This document shows, in pieces, positions 51,030-64,000 of a DNA stretch of 64,000 bases. The position numbers were made by a program, and so were the translations under genes. The stretch is taken from assembly GCA_044892525.1 (NCBI GenBank), contig CM097885.1:21888001-21952000 (forward strand). The letters are read 5' to 3'. The notes under the pieces were generated by a model. That model was not told the origin of the DNA, made no database searches, and was given only the letters and a program-made list of their open reading frames with translations. Positions within the stretch are counted from its first letter, which is position 1. Every line of letters starts with the position of its first letter. Origin of the DNA: Schmidtea polychroa. Lineage: Eukaryota.

Positions 51030-51999
51030 TGAGGATACCTAAATAACAATTTATAAATAAATAAATAAAATTACCTCGAGGAAGATCGTCATGACTAACG
51101 GGACGATTTATGGGAACTCAGAAAAGAAAACGGAAGCAAAAAGAAATAGGAATGAGGAATCAAACAAAAGAAATCAAATTTAGAAAAAAACTAATTAATT
51201 AGTACTAATTAATTCGTACAAAAAGAAAAAGGAATTTTGAAATTGGGAAAATAGAAAAACAACAATATTCTTATCTTGACAGCTAGTCAGTGATAACTGA
51301 ATTGTTGGGAGAAGGTGGTTGAACAAAAAAAGAAAGAGGGAAAATATCTTGACAGCCGTCAGAAATAAAATTGAAACAGTCGGGAAGGGCAGGAGAAAGA
51401 AAGTGAAAAAACATTTGATTTTCTTGAGGTCCACATAATAAGCAAGCTATATAAAGAGAAACTAGTGGACATAAACTGGAGAGAAAACTGAGACAAAAAG
51501 TTACGCGAAATTGAGATGAAGAGTGAGAGACAAAATTAAACAAAAGCGAGACAAAAAGTGACGTGGAATTGAGACGAAACGTGAGAAACAAATTGAAGCA
51601 AAAGTGAGACGAAAATAGGAAGATAATTTGGCAGAGTCGGAAGAGGTGTTATTGGAAAATGATTTGTGAAGAATACTTGTTGGAGAAGATTTGAAGAAAA
51701 GAATTAGTTGAAAAATTAAACGAAAAGAACTTACTTGGGTATTTGAATAAAGTTTTGTAGAAAGTCAAAGAAAACAACCAGCTCAAAGTCCCTGTTGATA
51801 AACCAATCAGTTAGTGATTTTTCAATCCGGTGTTGTAATGACCAAGCAGGGTGTTGAATTTATTGTCAGTGTAAAGTAAAAGTTATTTGTGATTATCAAT
51901 AAAGATTTCTGTTGTCAAGTGTTATTTTGGGGTCAGTCAAAGACACGCTCGGAGTCAGAATAAGAACTTTAAATTTATCACCAACCCAATAACCCAACA
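51030..51999 (+). mobile_element. Probable solo LTR (970 bp)
   Basis: TG...CA ends flanked by TATAT on both sides; TATA box GCTATATAAA ~51445; AATAAA; related copy at 34500-34775. Confidence 0.6.
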
Positions 52000-53567
52000 T
52001 ATATTTGACAATAAAATTTAGCAGAAATTATTCAATTCAAAATATCAAATCAAATTCCAATTCTAAATTACAGATTTATTCTACAAAATGGGTGCGGGCT
52101 CAGTAATTGTATGTAAGTTATGTAGCAATGTTATGTAATTTATTACTGTACAAAAATAATTATTTTTAGTTTAGATCTGATAATAATTCAATTTATATCT
52201 TGACTATGTCCCTGTAAGATTTATAGCGAAAGGTTTTGGCAAAGAGACTGATCTTTCACTCAGTATTTATACTAATTTTTCGACAGAAATAAATTATTTG
52301 TGTTGGTCAGCTGGAGTACCAAGTAAGGCGCGTTGTCTTCACGAACTACAATCTACCTCTCGATCTGTACCTGGGCCTCAGAACCAAGCAACTGCTTCAA
52401 CGCTGACCTGGACGTCCGCCTTGATAAGTTAGTGTACTTTTCGTAACCGATGTTCTTTAGACCTTTAGGTCGGTTATTGTTTACCTTATGGTTCCAAACC
52501 ACCCGAACAACCGCGACAGTCACCACCGATATCTCGAAACCCAGAAAATGACGTAAGACATTCTTTTGGCCGTCCATAAATTGTAAGAATGTACTTGTAG
52601 GGCATCTCAAAATAGAGAGCTCATCTTTTCTTGTGTATTCCTTCGCTGAATGCATTTAAAGGTCCCAGACCGCACAGAGATGCAGGTGATTAAAGCCAAT
52701 AGTCACGTTTGGTGTTTTGCGGTTTTGCTATACAATCATACTATTTTTTATCTTCATTATTTATCTGAATCATAACGAGCAAACCCCTTGAAACACCATC
52801 GGATCAAATCATATGATTTTGGCTAACACACAATAGTAATTATATTAACTTTAACTTAAAACATATCAACTTTAGATACTTCAACATCATCTTATTTTGG
52901 CTCAACAACTCATTTAATATTGACATACAGTGAATCCTAAATAGCAAAAACTCTGTTATCCCGAAACCTTGTTTTATAGATATTTTTTGGGCTCAATATC
53001 AATGTTTTAAACCGTGTATAGTAAAATCTATTTAACGCAAAATTTTGATGTGAACATGCTTTGCAAATCATTTGGATTTCATGTTTAGAGGGTTTCGTGG
53101 TTATTAAATGAAAATAATTTTCAAATTTTTAAAGTAAAGCATAAAAAATTCATTTTTCAAATTTTTATCAAATTTTTATTTAGAATTCTATTTGTTTTTA
53201 TTAAGCTTGTGACTATAAGTTAATAATATCCTAATAATATTCAGAGCATGAATTTTTAAAATTCATTGAAAATAATATAAAATTTTTAAAGATTTTTAAT
53301 ATTTACTACAAACTCGAAGACCATTTAAAATAAAAGGTTAAATAACACATAAAATTCTAAAATTTTTATAATATTTATTTTTATAAATTAAATATAAAAG
53401 TTGTATTTAAAGCAAATTAAATATACATCCATTTTTTAGCTGTTTAAGTGAATTCATTATTTGTTGAACAACTTTGTTTGTATAATAATTGATTCATTTT
53501 TTTATTTAAATTTTCGCTGTTTATAAGAATTGTAATTGTTTATTAATTTTTATTGTACGTTCTAACA

Positions 53568-53942
53568 ATGCCTAAGTATTATTGTGATTATTGCGATATG
53601 TTTTTAACTCATGATTCACCATCTGTGAGAAAAACTCATTTAGAAGGTAAATTCCACCGGGATAATTATCAGAATTATTATTTAAATGTGTTAAAGGAGC
53701 AAGCTCAAAAGATGGTGAATGAAGAACTATCTAATTTTAATCATCAATTGCTAATGAACCCCGTTGCGCCAATGTGTAGTTTACCATTTTCGTCTCAAGT
53801 AAATGGAGCAACTTATGTTAAACAAGTTCAAAAGTTGGAAACAACGTTACCAGCTTTGATCAGTGGTACCAACTTTTTTAACCAAGTACCTATTATGGAT
53901 GCTACAATGCAGCCTCCACCCCAAAATTTCATGTATACTTGA
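53568..53942 (+). CDS. SNRPC: U1 small nuclear ribonucleoprotein C
   Basis: MPKYYCDYCDMFLTHDSPSVRKTHLEGKFHRDNYQNYY is the U1-C zinc finger; single exon; AATAAA just after the stop. Confidence 0.96.
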   Translation: MPKYYCDYCDMFLTHDSPSVRKTHLEGKFHRDNYQNYYLNVLKEQAQKMVNEELSNFNHQLLMNPVAPMCSLPFSSQVNGATYVKQVQKLETTLPALISGTNFFNQVPIMDATMQPPPQNFMYT

Positions 53943-55854
53943 ATGTTTTCTAAATAAAACTGTTTTACTTGTTTTCATTTTTTAAATACGTATGATATTT
54001 CGTAATTAGATTAATATTCATTATTATTTACTTAATTTTATTTTTGACTTAAAGTTTATTTTGTTGAATTTTAAGAGCTTTAGTTCCGTTTATTTTTGTG
54101 GATAGTTTTAATACGTATTCATTTTTAAATGTCAAAATATTTGTGAACTTTAAATTTAAAGGGCTAGACTTCATTTTATTTAATGTGTAATTGAGCGTTT
54201 GTGGATTTTTTAAGCGTTTGGTGATTTTTAACAAGCTTTTAGCTCTTATAATTCGGATAGAATTGTTATTTATACTAGTCAGCATCACTTGTCGGATAAC
54301 TTAAAGATGGAAGAATTCTGAGAATCATATTGATAATAATGATAAGATACTTTCTAGGAAAGTATATGCTTATCAGGCGCTCAATAATGAGATGAGCTCT
54401 GTTTCTAATTCATCGTCGTAATTGATTGATAGCCCTGTTGCTGTCACTAAATGAACTATACAAAATAATTCAAATTTGTTATTGATTTGCATCACACCCT
54501 TTCCTATTTATTTTGTTCATGTACATATTCCTATTATTTCCACGTTATATCTTTATCTTTTAGTCCTATTTCAGATCCTTTGTCCTTTATGTTACTTTAC
54601 GTTAACTTAATCCACAGGTAGAAATTTTGAGTTTTCTGTATGGGTGGATTCACATTGGGGCTAGTGGGATACAAGTCGATGACGGGCGGATGAATTCAAG
54701 TGCTCGAAGACGGAGCATACAATGATCTGATGAGCGAGGACACTTAAAGAGAACACCCCAAGCACGAGTCTGTACGTTTATTTTGTTAAATTTTTAGAGC
54801 TCTAACTGTTGTCAGGTTTGGTGTCAGCCAAATTATCAGATGGGATTAGATTTACCGCATTATCAAACGGAAAACTGTGAATTTAATGCTGACGTTCGCT
54901 CTGTGTATATCTGATATAGGGAATGTACCTGGTCCTCTATTAAGGTACGCTGAGTCAGTTCTCTTCAATCAGATTATTCCCAAAATTTTCCAATCGGTGC
55001 ATATTTTGTGTAATTTCTTACATCTGTTGGCGCTTAGAGGTTGCGTCATTTAAATGTTTTAGTTTTGCTTATAAATTCGCCATTGACTCTTCCCTAAACG
55101 CCTTCATGATTATTTTACTTTTTACCATCTCTGTACCAATGGCAATGACCATGTTGGTAATGTACGCAGTGGCTGAAAATTAGTGAGCAGGTGAATTACT
55201 CCTCATTAAACTTTCATTTTCAGGTCCTGAACCGCAGATAGAAGGTTTTTCATCACTTTTAATTATCTATTTCTTTCTTAGATTATTGTCCTTCCTTATT
55301 CAGTTGGTACCTATTGCCGAAACTGTATCATATTACCGATGACACTAGAACTATCAGCGAGACTAGAAATCGTAGTGAATACTGAAGTAAAGTGGCCAAT
55401 CAGATTGTAGCATATTGTCACTACAGCTCTACGCATAAAAGCAACTCCAGTGGCGACCGCGATGAGATCCCTGTTCATAGTCCTGGTGGGTTACAGGTAA
55501 TCGAACATTTTACCCTGTAACTTTACATTTTCCAGCGTAACTCAGAATACAATGTCTATTTTACCGCTTGATACCCATTGAGTGATAATTGTTGGTACTG
55601 TATCAAGAGGGTGAGTGTCAGCAAAAAAGGAACTCGATACCCGCACTTGGGTCCGCGGAATACCGAAAGAAAGTTTGTGTTCGCTTTACACGTTCCCTGT
55701 CGTCAGATTGTACTCCCGATGTCTCGCATCATTCCTCGTACTTTCTCCCTGTCACTACTTATACTGCCATTCGAATCATCCATCGTCATTCACGAGTCGG
55801 GTTGTCATTCACTCCCTGACCCAGTCGCAAAGTAAAAAAATGTAAAAGTTAAAA

Positions 55855-56604
55855 TGAATAACAAGGGTCTTGTTTTGTTAGATAAATTATTATTTCACAT
55901 GAATTCACGTTATTCACACTATTAGAAATCTGTTGGGGTGACGAGAATATCAAATTGTACACAAAAATGCTAATTGCACTGAGTTTCGTTGCTCTGGAAG
56001 ATGTCGGGTCTGCCTAGGACGAACTTAACGATAGTAGACCTAACAGTCTCCAGAGTGTTTATGATTACTATGAAGATAATTACGTTGGTCGTTTGAGACG
56101 CAATCGACGAGCTACCCCGTTGTTTCCTATCACCACGTGAAACATGCGAAGTCGTGTTGCTGATGGTTTGCCGAGAACAAATAAGTCAGTTTGAAGGTGA
56201 CATAATGCGTTCCAGTCATCTGTGGCATGCCACCAACCAACAATTTACACTTTGGTTCAACATTTCCGTCGTGAACAAGATGTAACAGAACAAACCATCT
56301 GGCGCATACAGAACGGAATCACCAACGGCCAGACAGCAAGCAAGTCTAAATACGTGCACCTATCAAGATGTCTTGCTGTTTTTTCGTTTGACATATACAG
56401 GACGTGATCTTAAGGACTATCTGCGTGCCATATGTCGTAATATTGACATTTAAAATAATAAATTATATATGGTGACATAATCAATTTTTACTATTTTATT
56501 TTTAAATGGTGTACTCTAATATTAAACTTTTGTGCAAACAGTAACAGTAATTTTGTTTTGCTTGTCATTGCGATTTTGGCAGTCACGATTTTGTCGGTGA
56601 ATCC
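55855..56604 (+). mobile_element. MULE/Mutator transposase remnant with right TIR-like end
   Basis: MLIALSFV..EDV...DYYEDNYVG...PLFPITT*N...LPRTN...EG*HN...PTIY...REQ; end GCGATTTTGGCAGTCACGATTTTGTCGGTGAATCC. Confidence 0.85.
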
Positions 56605-57437
56605 TTTTCCTGACTGCCTTTCCTGCCATCAATAATTTTAGCCTAGCGTTATTTTGTTGTCACTTTTCTTCTAGGCTAATTTGTCTCTTTTTTCTGATAT
56701 TGGCGTTTGTACTGAGTTGTCGATGTGTTTCATTTGTAACTGCTTGAGGTTTCCTTATAATATTATTTCTGTTTTATATTTTAATTAAGTTTTTGTTTAT
56801 TTTGTCATTTATTCGAAGTTTTTTCTTTTATTTTTAATAATTTGCTTTCTGTGTGCTACGTAGATCTGCTTACGAAGATTTCGGGCGGTCCCTTTATTTT
56901 TATGTTATTTTCATTTGATCATTCAACAATTGTTAGCCTAAAAGAATTATGTATAATTTGTATTTTACATAGGTATTGAGTTGCCCGTAATTAAAAATTT
57001 TAATTTAGTGCCAGTTTGACTTTCATGAATAAAATAAAAACTGACTATTTGAAAATAGAAATTTTTTAATTTTTAATTGTCTATAAACAATATTGAAGAT
57101 ATTTATGTAGAAATCATACAACAAATTTTATTTCTAAAATCGATACTTTAGAAACCTCATTTAATATTTTATTAATTTTAATCTGCTATCTATGTAACCA
57201 TTTTGCCAAATGATATTAAATTAAATTCATTTTATTTTTCTGAAATTTTTATTTAAGCAAATATTAAGAGTTTTTGATTTAAGAATGCTTCAATCTTTAT
57301 CACTTGTCATTTAATTTAAGGACATTCGAAACCTTTGTTTATTTACATAAAATATTTTAAGCTTAACTTTATAGATTAAAAGAATTTGAAAGCATGGTTA
57401 CCGCTATTAACATTTTATCTTAAAATTAAGAATAATT

Positions 57438-59053
57438 ATGAATGAAGATCAAACAATAAAATCTTTGCAATTAGAATTTGATGAAATTTTAACTTGTATC
57501 AAACCAATTTATCTTAGTTGGAAAAACCAACAAGGTTTCACGTTTTTTCAAACTATAAATTTGTAATTGAAATAATTTTAAACCCAGATAAAAGCTTCAT
57601 TGCTGGATGGATCAAAAAGTTGACCAATTTAAAAAATGTTTCACTTGATTCTATGTTAGTCAAATGAATTATCTATTTAAAATTATTTTGATAAAATGTA
57701 GGCATTTAAGAAATCTTTATATATTAGCGCTGTACGAAAATTTGCGGCGTGACATACTTTGTGATCCGTTTACTAAAAATCCTCCAATTGATGAACTGCC
57801 ACCATTGTCAAATCATCTCAGACAGGTGATATTTTTAATTTTTTAATTATTTTACTATATTAACATTTTATAGTTAATTGAAAAATTTTCAATCAAGGTT
57901 AAATTTTTCTGTAATAATTATGTGTATATAATATTGATGACTTTAGCACACAACGCCGGACTGGTTGGAAAATGATGAGGTAAATTGTTATTGGAAAATA
58001 ATAAATATTTTTTTCTAACTTCAATATATCGATTATAAAACTTAAATGAAAGGCTGCGTCGAAAATTCGTGTTAAATAAAAAAATATTGATATAGCGTTT
58101 GAAATAAAAGTAAAAAATATTACTATTGAAAAAATACGAGGATAAGATATTTGATTCACAAAATATTAGCAATATCGGTGGCTATATTAGTCAGAATAAC
58201 CTTACACCATGGTAAGAACGGTCTCTACAGTTTAGAAGCTATTGTGATAAATGAATAAATACATCGAATTTATATTCTATTGGGTTTATTATTTTTTCAA
58301 AATTTTGATATTTGCCAATTAAAGTACCAGGGAATTATATTCAGAACTTCACCGTACCCGTAGACCAAAAATTTTGAAATAAGGACTAAAATGCTGTGGA
58401 TAACATTTGTAATCAAGACATATATGGCCCCATTAACCATAGGGCTAATTGGGCTACAGCCCAGGGGCGCCATCGATCCGAGGGCGCTAAGAAAACAAGA
58501 TGGTGAAATTTAATTGCTTTTTTTAATTTAAAGAAAAAGTATTTTTCTTTATATTTAGCGTATCTGTGATTTAAGTTAGTAATGTGTTCAATTTTATATT
58601 TTTTCTCATCCATATAAACCATGTATGCTAACTTCGACTTTGATTACATTTTAAAGTATCACTAACTTTTATTAAAATTCTTATAAAAATTACCAAAGAA
58701 AAAAAATACTTTATACATAATTATTTAATCACATTTAAAACCAATTTGAAAATAAAATTGAATTTTTATAATAAAAGTATGTAGGGGTGCAAAATTTTAT
58801 TTAGCCCAGGGCGCTCAAAATTATTAATACGGCCATGAAGACATATTTATTAAAAAGGGAGTTTGAAGACTATAAATCAGTAATATATCGATGTCTGTTG
58901 ATACTCACGAATTTTCGACACTGCCCTTTTCAAGTTTAAATTCACTTAAAAAAAAACAAACATCGATATATTACTGATTTATAGTCTTCAAGCTCTCTTT
59001 TTAATAAATTCAATGGAAAAAATAATCAGTGGTGAAATTGGAAGAAAAAAATT

Positions 59054-59087
<34 letters not shown>

Positions 59088-59772
59088 GTCACTTAAAAAA
59101 TATAATAAATGAGAAGGTTTGGCCAATTTATTATTAACTAAAAACGTAATATCGAACTCAATGTTTGTCATCTTAAGACAATTATCCGATTCAATGTCCA
59201 ACAAAGATTTATGTTTGGATTTTGTTTATTTTTAATAGATTTGTTATCTAAATTGTAAAGTTATTCACTTACCGCTACTGGTACGCGTACCCAGGGTTGG
59301 GAATCTATAATCTAGCCAAATAATTACTCAATTAAAAATTAAACTGTAAATCGAATTATTTGGTTAAGAAAATCGACCTTAATTGTCTTGAAAATGCGGT
59401 TGACTATGAAGAAGATGATTATGTTGGTGATTTAAAATTTGCAAATGATATGCATGATTTAAAACAGAATTTTCTAATTAATTCTGAAAAATTAAATCCT
59501 TCAAAATCAAATGAATCAGAAAATGGTGGCCTTTCTTTTGGAGATGTATATAAGTTTCATAATTTCGGTACTGATTGGGTTCGTCAGTCTATGAATCAAG
59601 TTCATGAAAAAGACACGAAACAGATTGAAGATCATGAAGAACTAAAACAAAATTTAGAAGTATATGATTCATTTGTTTGACATAGTGAGTTTATTATTCA
59701 CAATTATAGGATAGCAGGCTGAAATACAAACCAAACGAATATAATGCATTTAACAAAGTTCAAGAGAAAGAA
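57438..59772 (+). CDS. DUF4485-domain protein (CEP112-like N-terminus), spliced, 3' end not resolved
   Basis: Exons 57438-57534, 57588-57654, 57702-57825, 59369-59659, 59710-59772 join in frame: LQLEFDEILTCIKP...WIKKL...RNLYILALYENLRRDILCDPFTKNPP. Confidence 0.78.
58423..58837. mobile_element. hAT MITE (415 bp) in an intron of the DUF4485 gene
   Basis: 8-bp TSD AAGACATA (58415-58422, 58838-58845); imperfect TIR (Y)ATGGCCNNATTAA; subterminal AGCCCAGGG. Confidence 0.9.
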
Positions 59773-59986
59773 GTAATATCCTTTTATTTTTATAATTAAT
59801 GTTCACAAAATTTTTAAAATTTGGTTGTTTTAATCTCGATTCCCCAATTAACAATCATAAATTTTATATTACTACAGCACTTAGTAAACAATTATTAACA
59901 ATTGCGCACGGTGGTTCAGTTACACGTCACGTTTTCTATAATAGAACAAAAAATTAATAATTTCATTGTAAGGTGATATAAAATAT

Positions 59987-60120
<134 letters not shown>

Positions 60121-60287
60121 TCATAATAAATTAATTGAACAACCAGGTCGCTATAACCTCGACTTGTTTGACAATTGATGCGTGAATGCTTGTATGCAAT
60201 GAAGTGAAGCATGCATATATGTGATTTATATTAATAACATCGCTTAAACTAATAATATTCCTTAAACTAAGAATTTTCATATTAATA

Positions 60288-61174
60288 CAGGGTTTCCATG
60301 ATAAAAAAACTATTTTGTAAAATACAAAAAACTATTTTATAAAATACTATTATATATATATATTTAATATATTTAATTCCACCTATAAAATGAAACAATT
60401 AAAAATAACTTTTCAAAGTTTTGTGTAAACACCAATAAATGAATTTTCAAAATAATTATTATTTTAATAAAAATATTAACCTTTTTTAAAAAATTGACCC
60501 CACTTTTTATTTGTTTCCTGTTTTATATATTTAAAATTTATAACTATGGATATTTGTCAATTTTTCATAATATTACAAATAATAATTTTTATTATTTAAC
60601 TTATAAACTTAACAATTTTAGCACAAAATGCATTTAATAAAATAATCAAATTTTTACTATGATTTATTTATAATACATTTGTAAATAATATAAATATTTA
60701 AACTCCTTCTAAGTAAATAAAACAAATTTTGTAAATTTTTACACATTTCAGAAACATAAATTTCATTTAGTAAATTAAATTAAACATTTTTATCAAAAAT
60801 TATAATAAGTTTAATCATAAAATATCCTTTATAATTGGCTCCAATAATAACTGCGGTTTTTTAAATATATAAATTGATAATTATTTTTTGGATTTTATTA
60901 AACACAAAAAACAATAACACTATTTTATAGAATCTCTTTTTTATTTATTTATATAAACATAATATTTTTAATATCAAAAAATTAAAAAACTTATTATTAA
61001 TTTGTTATGTAACCTCAACTTGTACGATAAAAAGGATTTAATGATGTGGGTATTAAAGTATATTAATTTTTTTCCTATCAATTATATTATAATCCAAGTT
61101 TTTCCAATTTAGTTTTTTATTTATAAAATAGTTTTTTATTTTACAATATAGTTTTTTCTATCATTGAAACCCTG
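60288..61174. mobile_element. Non-autonomous TIR element (887 bp)
   Basis: ~55-bp imperfect TIR starting CAGGGTTTC.ATGATA; flanks TA/TA (or a 6/8 match of an 8-bp TSD), so Tc1/mariner versus hAT is unresolved. Confidence 0.8.
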
Positions 61175-62241
61175 TATTTGTAAGGCTATAGATCAAAACA
61201 ATATATAATATATTCTTTTTGCACCTTATAATTTTTTTTTGATCTAGTCTTATAAATAGTAATATGAAAATTATTGAATTAAAAAAAGATGAAAAGTGAA
61301 ACCAAAAGAGAGATAAAATAAATATTTATTTAATAAATTTTACAACATATTTCAAGTCATTTGTAGTCATTTAAAATGTGTTTAGAAATTCCAAACATGG
61401 TATTTAAAAATAAATAAATAAAGTCAATTAAATACACCCATTGACTAAGTTATGTATAGTGATTAACGGAATTAAAATTTAATTATTTAATATAATAATT
61501 AAAATGCTGGAAATAAATAGCTAATATATTTGTTTAAATAACAAGTTGTTTGAATAATAATAAAATAGTTTTCAAAGCTTTATTTCTTTTGTTAATCATT
61601 ATTTATCTGAGATAATCAACATGTGCAGTTGAGCTTTCAGACATTCTTGTCAACAAAATATCGAAGGATCAATATTAGATGAAAGGAAACACAAAGCTAT
61701 GCATAGTAGAAAAACAACAATTTTGACAAAAGCAAAAATACGACAAACAATATATATTTTTTCAATATTCAAACAATGAACACTACTTGGATTCTGTTGT
61801 TTCGGATTAGACCCTCTAAAATATTTTCTTTTCATAAGTTTAAAGTTTAGTTTAATATTATGATTACTAGATTATTTTGGTCTTTTTTTTTTTTTAAATA
61901 CGTGTTTCTAACATCTACCATCTAAAATTTTGGAATACTCGATTTTATATAAAATGAGTTAAATGTTACAAATTGAAATTTTGATAAAAACAAAAAAATT
62001 TTTTCCAAAATCATTGTTAAAAGAATACTCAATTGATATAAATTTTTTTAATTTTATTTAGTTTCATTAAATAATTATCCTGAAAAATTTCAAATAAATT
62101 CAAACAAAATGATTTTCAGTTTTTACATTTTTTTAAAAAATTGTTATGTTTAACTCGAAATTCAAAATTATTTGACCAAAGATATTATACTTATCTAACC
62201 TTTCTAGATGAGATAAGGCTATTAAAATGCGATTTGCTTAA

Positions 62242-63762
62242 TCCCTTTAACGCTCATTTATTTTACACAAAACCGGCTAAAAACCATTTTTTTGTTGCAG
62301 AAAATAAAAGTTGAATACAGAGATAAAAAATACTAACTTTAATTTAAAAAATTTTGTTATTTTCATGTAAACACTTTAGGCTTCATGATTCTATTACCAT
62401 CCTTATCGCTTTTATTGGTTCTTACTTTTTCAGGTTTATGAATTGTCAAGAGTAAACAAACGTCTTTTTTGTCATACCATTTCATAACCATAACCTTTCC
62501 TCTTTGGGCATCTATTATTCCACCCTTCTTCAGTTTTTCCTTTTTTGAGTTTCTTTAGGTGTTTCACGTCTTTTTTTCCGCATGGTTCCATATGTATCGG
62601 TTTTATGGTTTTTTTAGATAATCTGCCAATTGTGGTGAAGTATATAAATTGTCTTTAGTAGCCTTGATCTACTTGAGATGTTATTGGGACTTTTTTATAC
62701 TTATCCGTTACAGTGATACCCTTTCCTGTGTATATTATGGACGAAAACAAATAGCCAAATTTCGATTTACACAGGAAATAAAATTTCATACCAAAACGAA
62801 ATGTTTTCAGTGGTAAATATTGGACCCAGCCCAATCGTCTTTTATACAACATCAATCTTTTGTCAATCGTAATATCTCGTTCTGGTATATACAAAATTGA
62901 GCACTTGTTATTTATATGGTAAAAACGAGATAAAGTTTTGTTTAGTTTTGGACAAGGATCATTTCTGGATCAAAATCATCATTATAAGTGAAATGTAAAT
63001 TTTTTTATAATTACACATCTTCTTTGCGATATCAATCTTGGAAAAACAGGAAAAAATATTTCGTTTGTTGTCCGGTACATTTTTTCTCAGGTACTTTCAA
63101 CAGCCCCATAAGATTAATAATTGTTAAAAATAACGCCATTTCTTCTTTCCTATCAACTAATATCCAAGAATTCGATGAACTTCCTGGCTGTTGTTGCGCG
63201 TACCTGTGTGTTTAATTTATTAATAAATCAACTAGATCATTATCAATGAATAACGAAAAATATTCAAGAGAATTGTCCTTGTTTGACAAATAGAAAGTAC
63301 AACCAGGTACGCCAATAAATAGAAACCTCACAGGAGGTACATCTGGCTGATCTACACTTATCCTGTACCAATCTTCGGGCAAATTTAAATCTTTTTTAGA
63401 TCTACATATTCAACATCTGAGTCCTCTGAACTATGACCTTAAAATATTTTTCTACTATTATAAATTTATTTGACTCACCAATTCAGCATACCAAAAAATC
63501 GAACACAAAATATCTTCAATTTTACAACAATATTTTACTAATGTGTTCACCGAAGATAAAAGTACAGTAAATCATAAATTGATAATGAATAATCAAATAT
63601 AAGTCATTATAACAGATTTTATGCTTTTTTTTCTTTTTTCCGAGTTAATACGGACGTGATCAAAGAGTTATGGTAAATATTGTAAAACCCGTAATATTAA
63701 GGGTTTGCACAAATTTGCTAGTAATGCATACCAGTAATATTTCGGGTTTGCGCATTAACTGG
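62242..63762 (-). mobile_element. piggyBac (PGBD4-like) transposon remnant, C-terminal part deleted
   Basis: YIPERDITID..LMLYK.RLGWVQYLPLK..RFGMK, DNLYTSPQL, GTMR, KWYDKKDV. TTAA at both ends with imperfect TIRs (TCCCTTTAACGC / CCAGTTAATGC). Confidence 0.88.
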
Positions 63763-64000
63763 TTAAAGAAACAATAAAAAAATTAGCTTAAAAAAGAGGA
63801 ATTCAAGATTCTTAAAAAATTATTTTAGACATTTTCGGCAATTTCTTCATAAATGCACCAGGAAAACTGAAATTCTCAGGAACTTAAATGGTTAATAAAT
63901 GATATATCAATTATTATTAAATACATACTGAAAAAATAAAATTAACTTATATCGAAACAAATATGAAATCACGCCTTTAACAAGCGTAGCCATGTGAGTG

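Noticed and set aside
59270..59315. hAT-like terminal fragment (GTACGCGTACCCAGGGTTGGGAATC)
   Set aside because: No partner TIR or TSD visible.

Overview
Very AT-rich eukaryotic genomic DNA with 46-53 nt GT-AG introns and long (TAA)n/(TA)n tracts. The intron size, microsatellites and TE mix are reminiscent of a planarian-type invertebrate, but the organism cannot be fixed from the sequence. Host genes: RGP1 (minus strand, split by an 8.9 kb TE-filled intron), two convergent LTV1 paralogues, intronless U1-C (SNRPC) and a DUF4485/CEP112-like gene. The rest is mostly mobile DNA: two complete but decayed compact Ty3/gypsy elements (5-bp TSDs, non-TG/CA LTR ends), gypsy remnants, a probable solo LTR, three hAT non-autonomous elements with 8-bp TSDs, piggyBac and MULE remnants, and a satellite-rich left end that finishes like a Polinton/Maverick terminus. 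The least explained parts are an ~855 bp insert inside gypsy pol (alternating inverted repeats plus an orphan ORF), a GC-rich orphan-ORF module (AT-hook, repeated LEGTWFSP motif) next to a thrice-repeated conserved motif, a ~510 bp identical tract between the diverged LTV1 copies, and a degenerate hammerhead-like fold beside a (TAA)n tail. All protein assignments are by eye from recalled family motifs; no searches were run.
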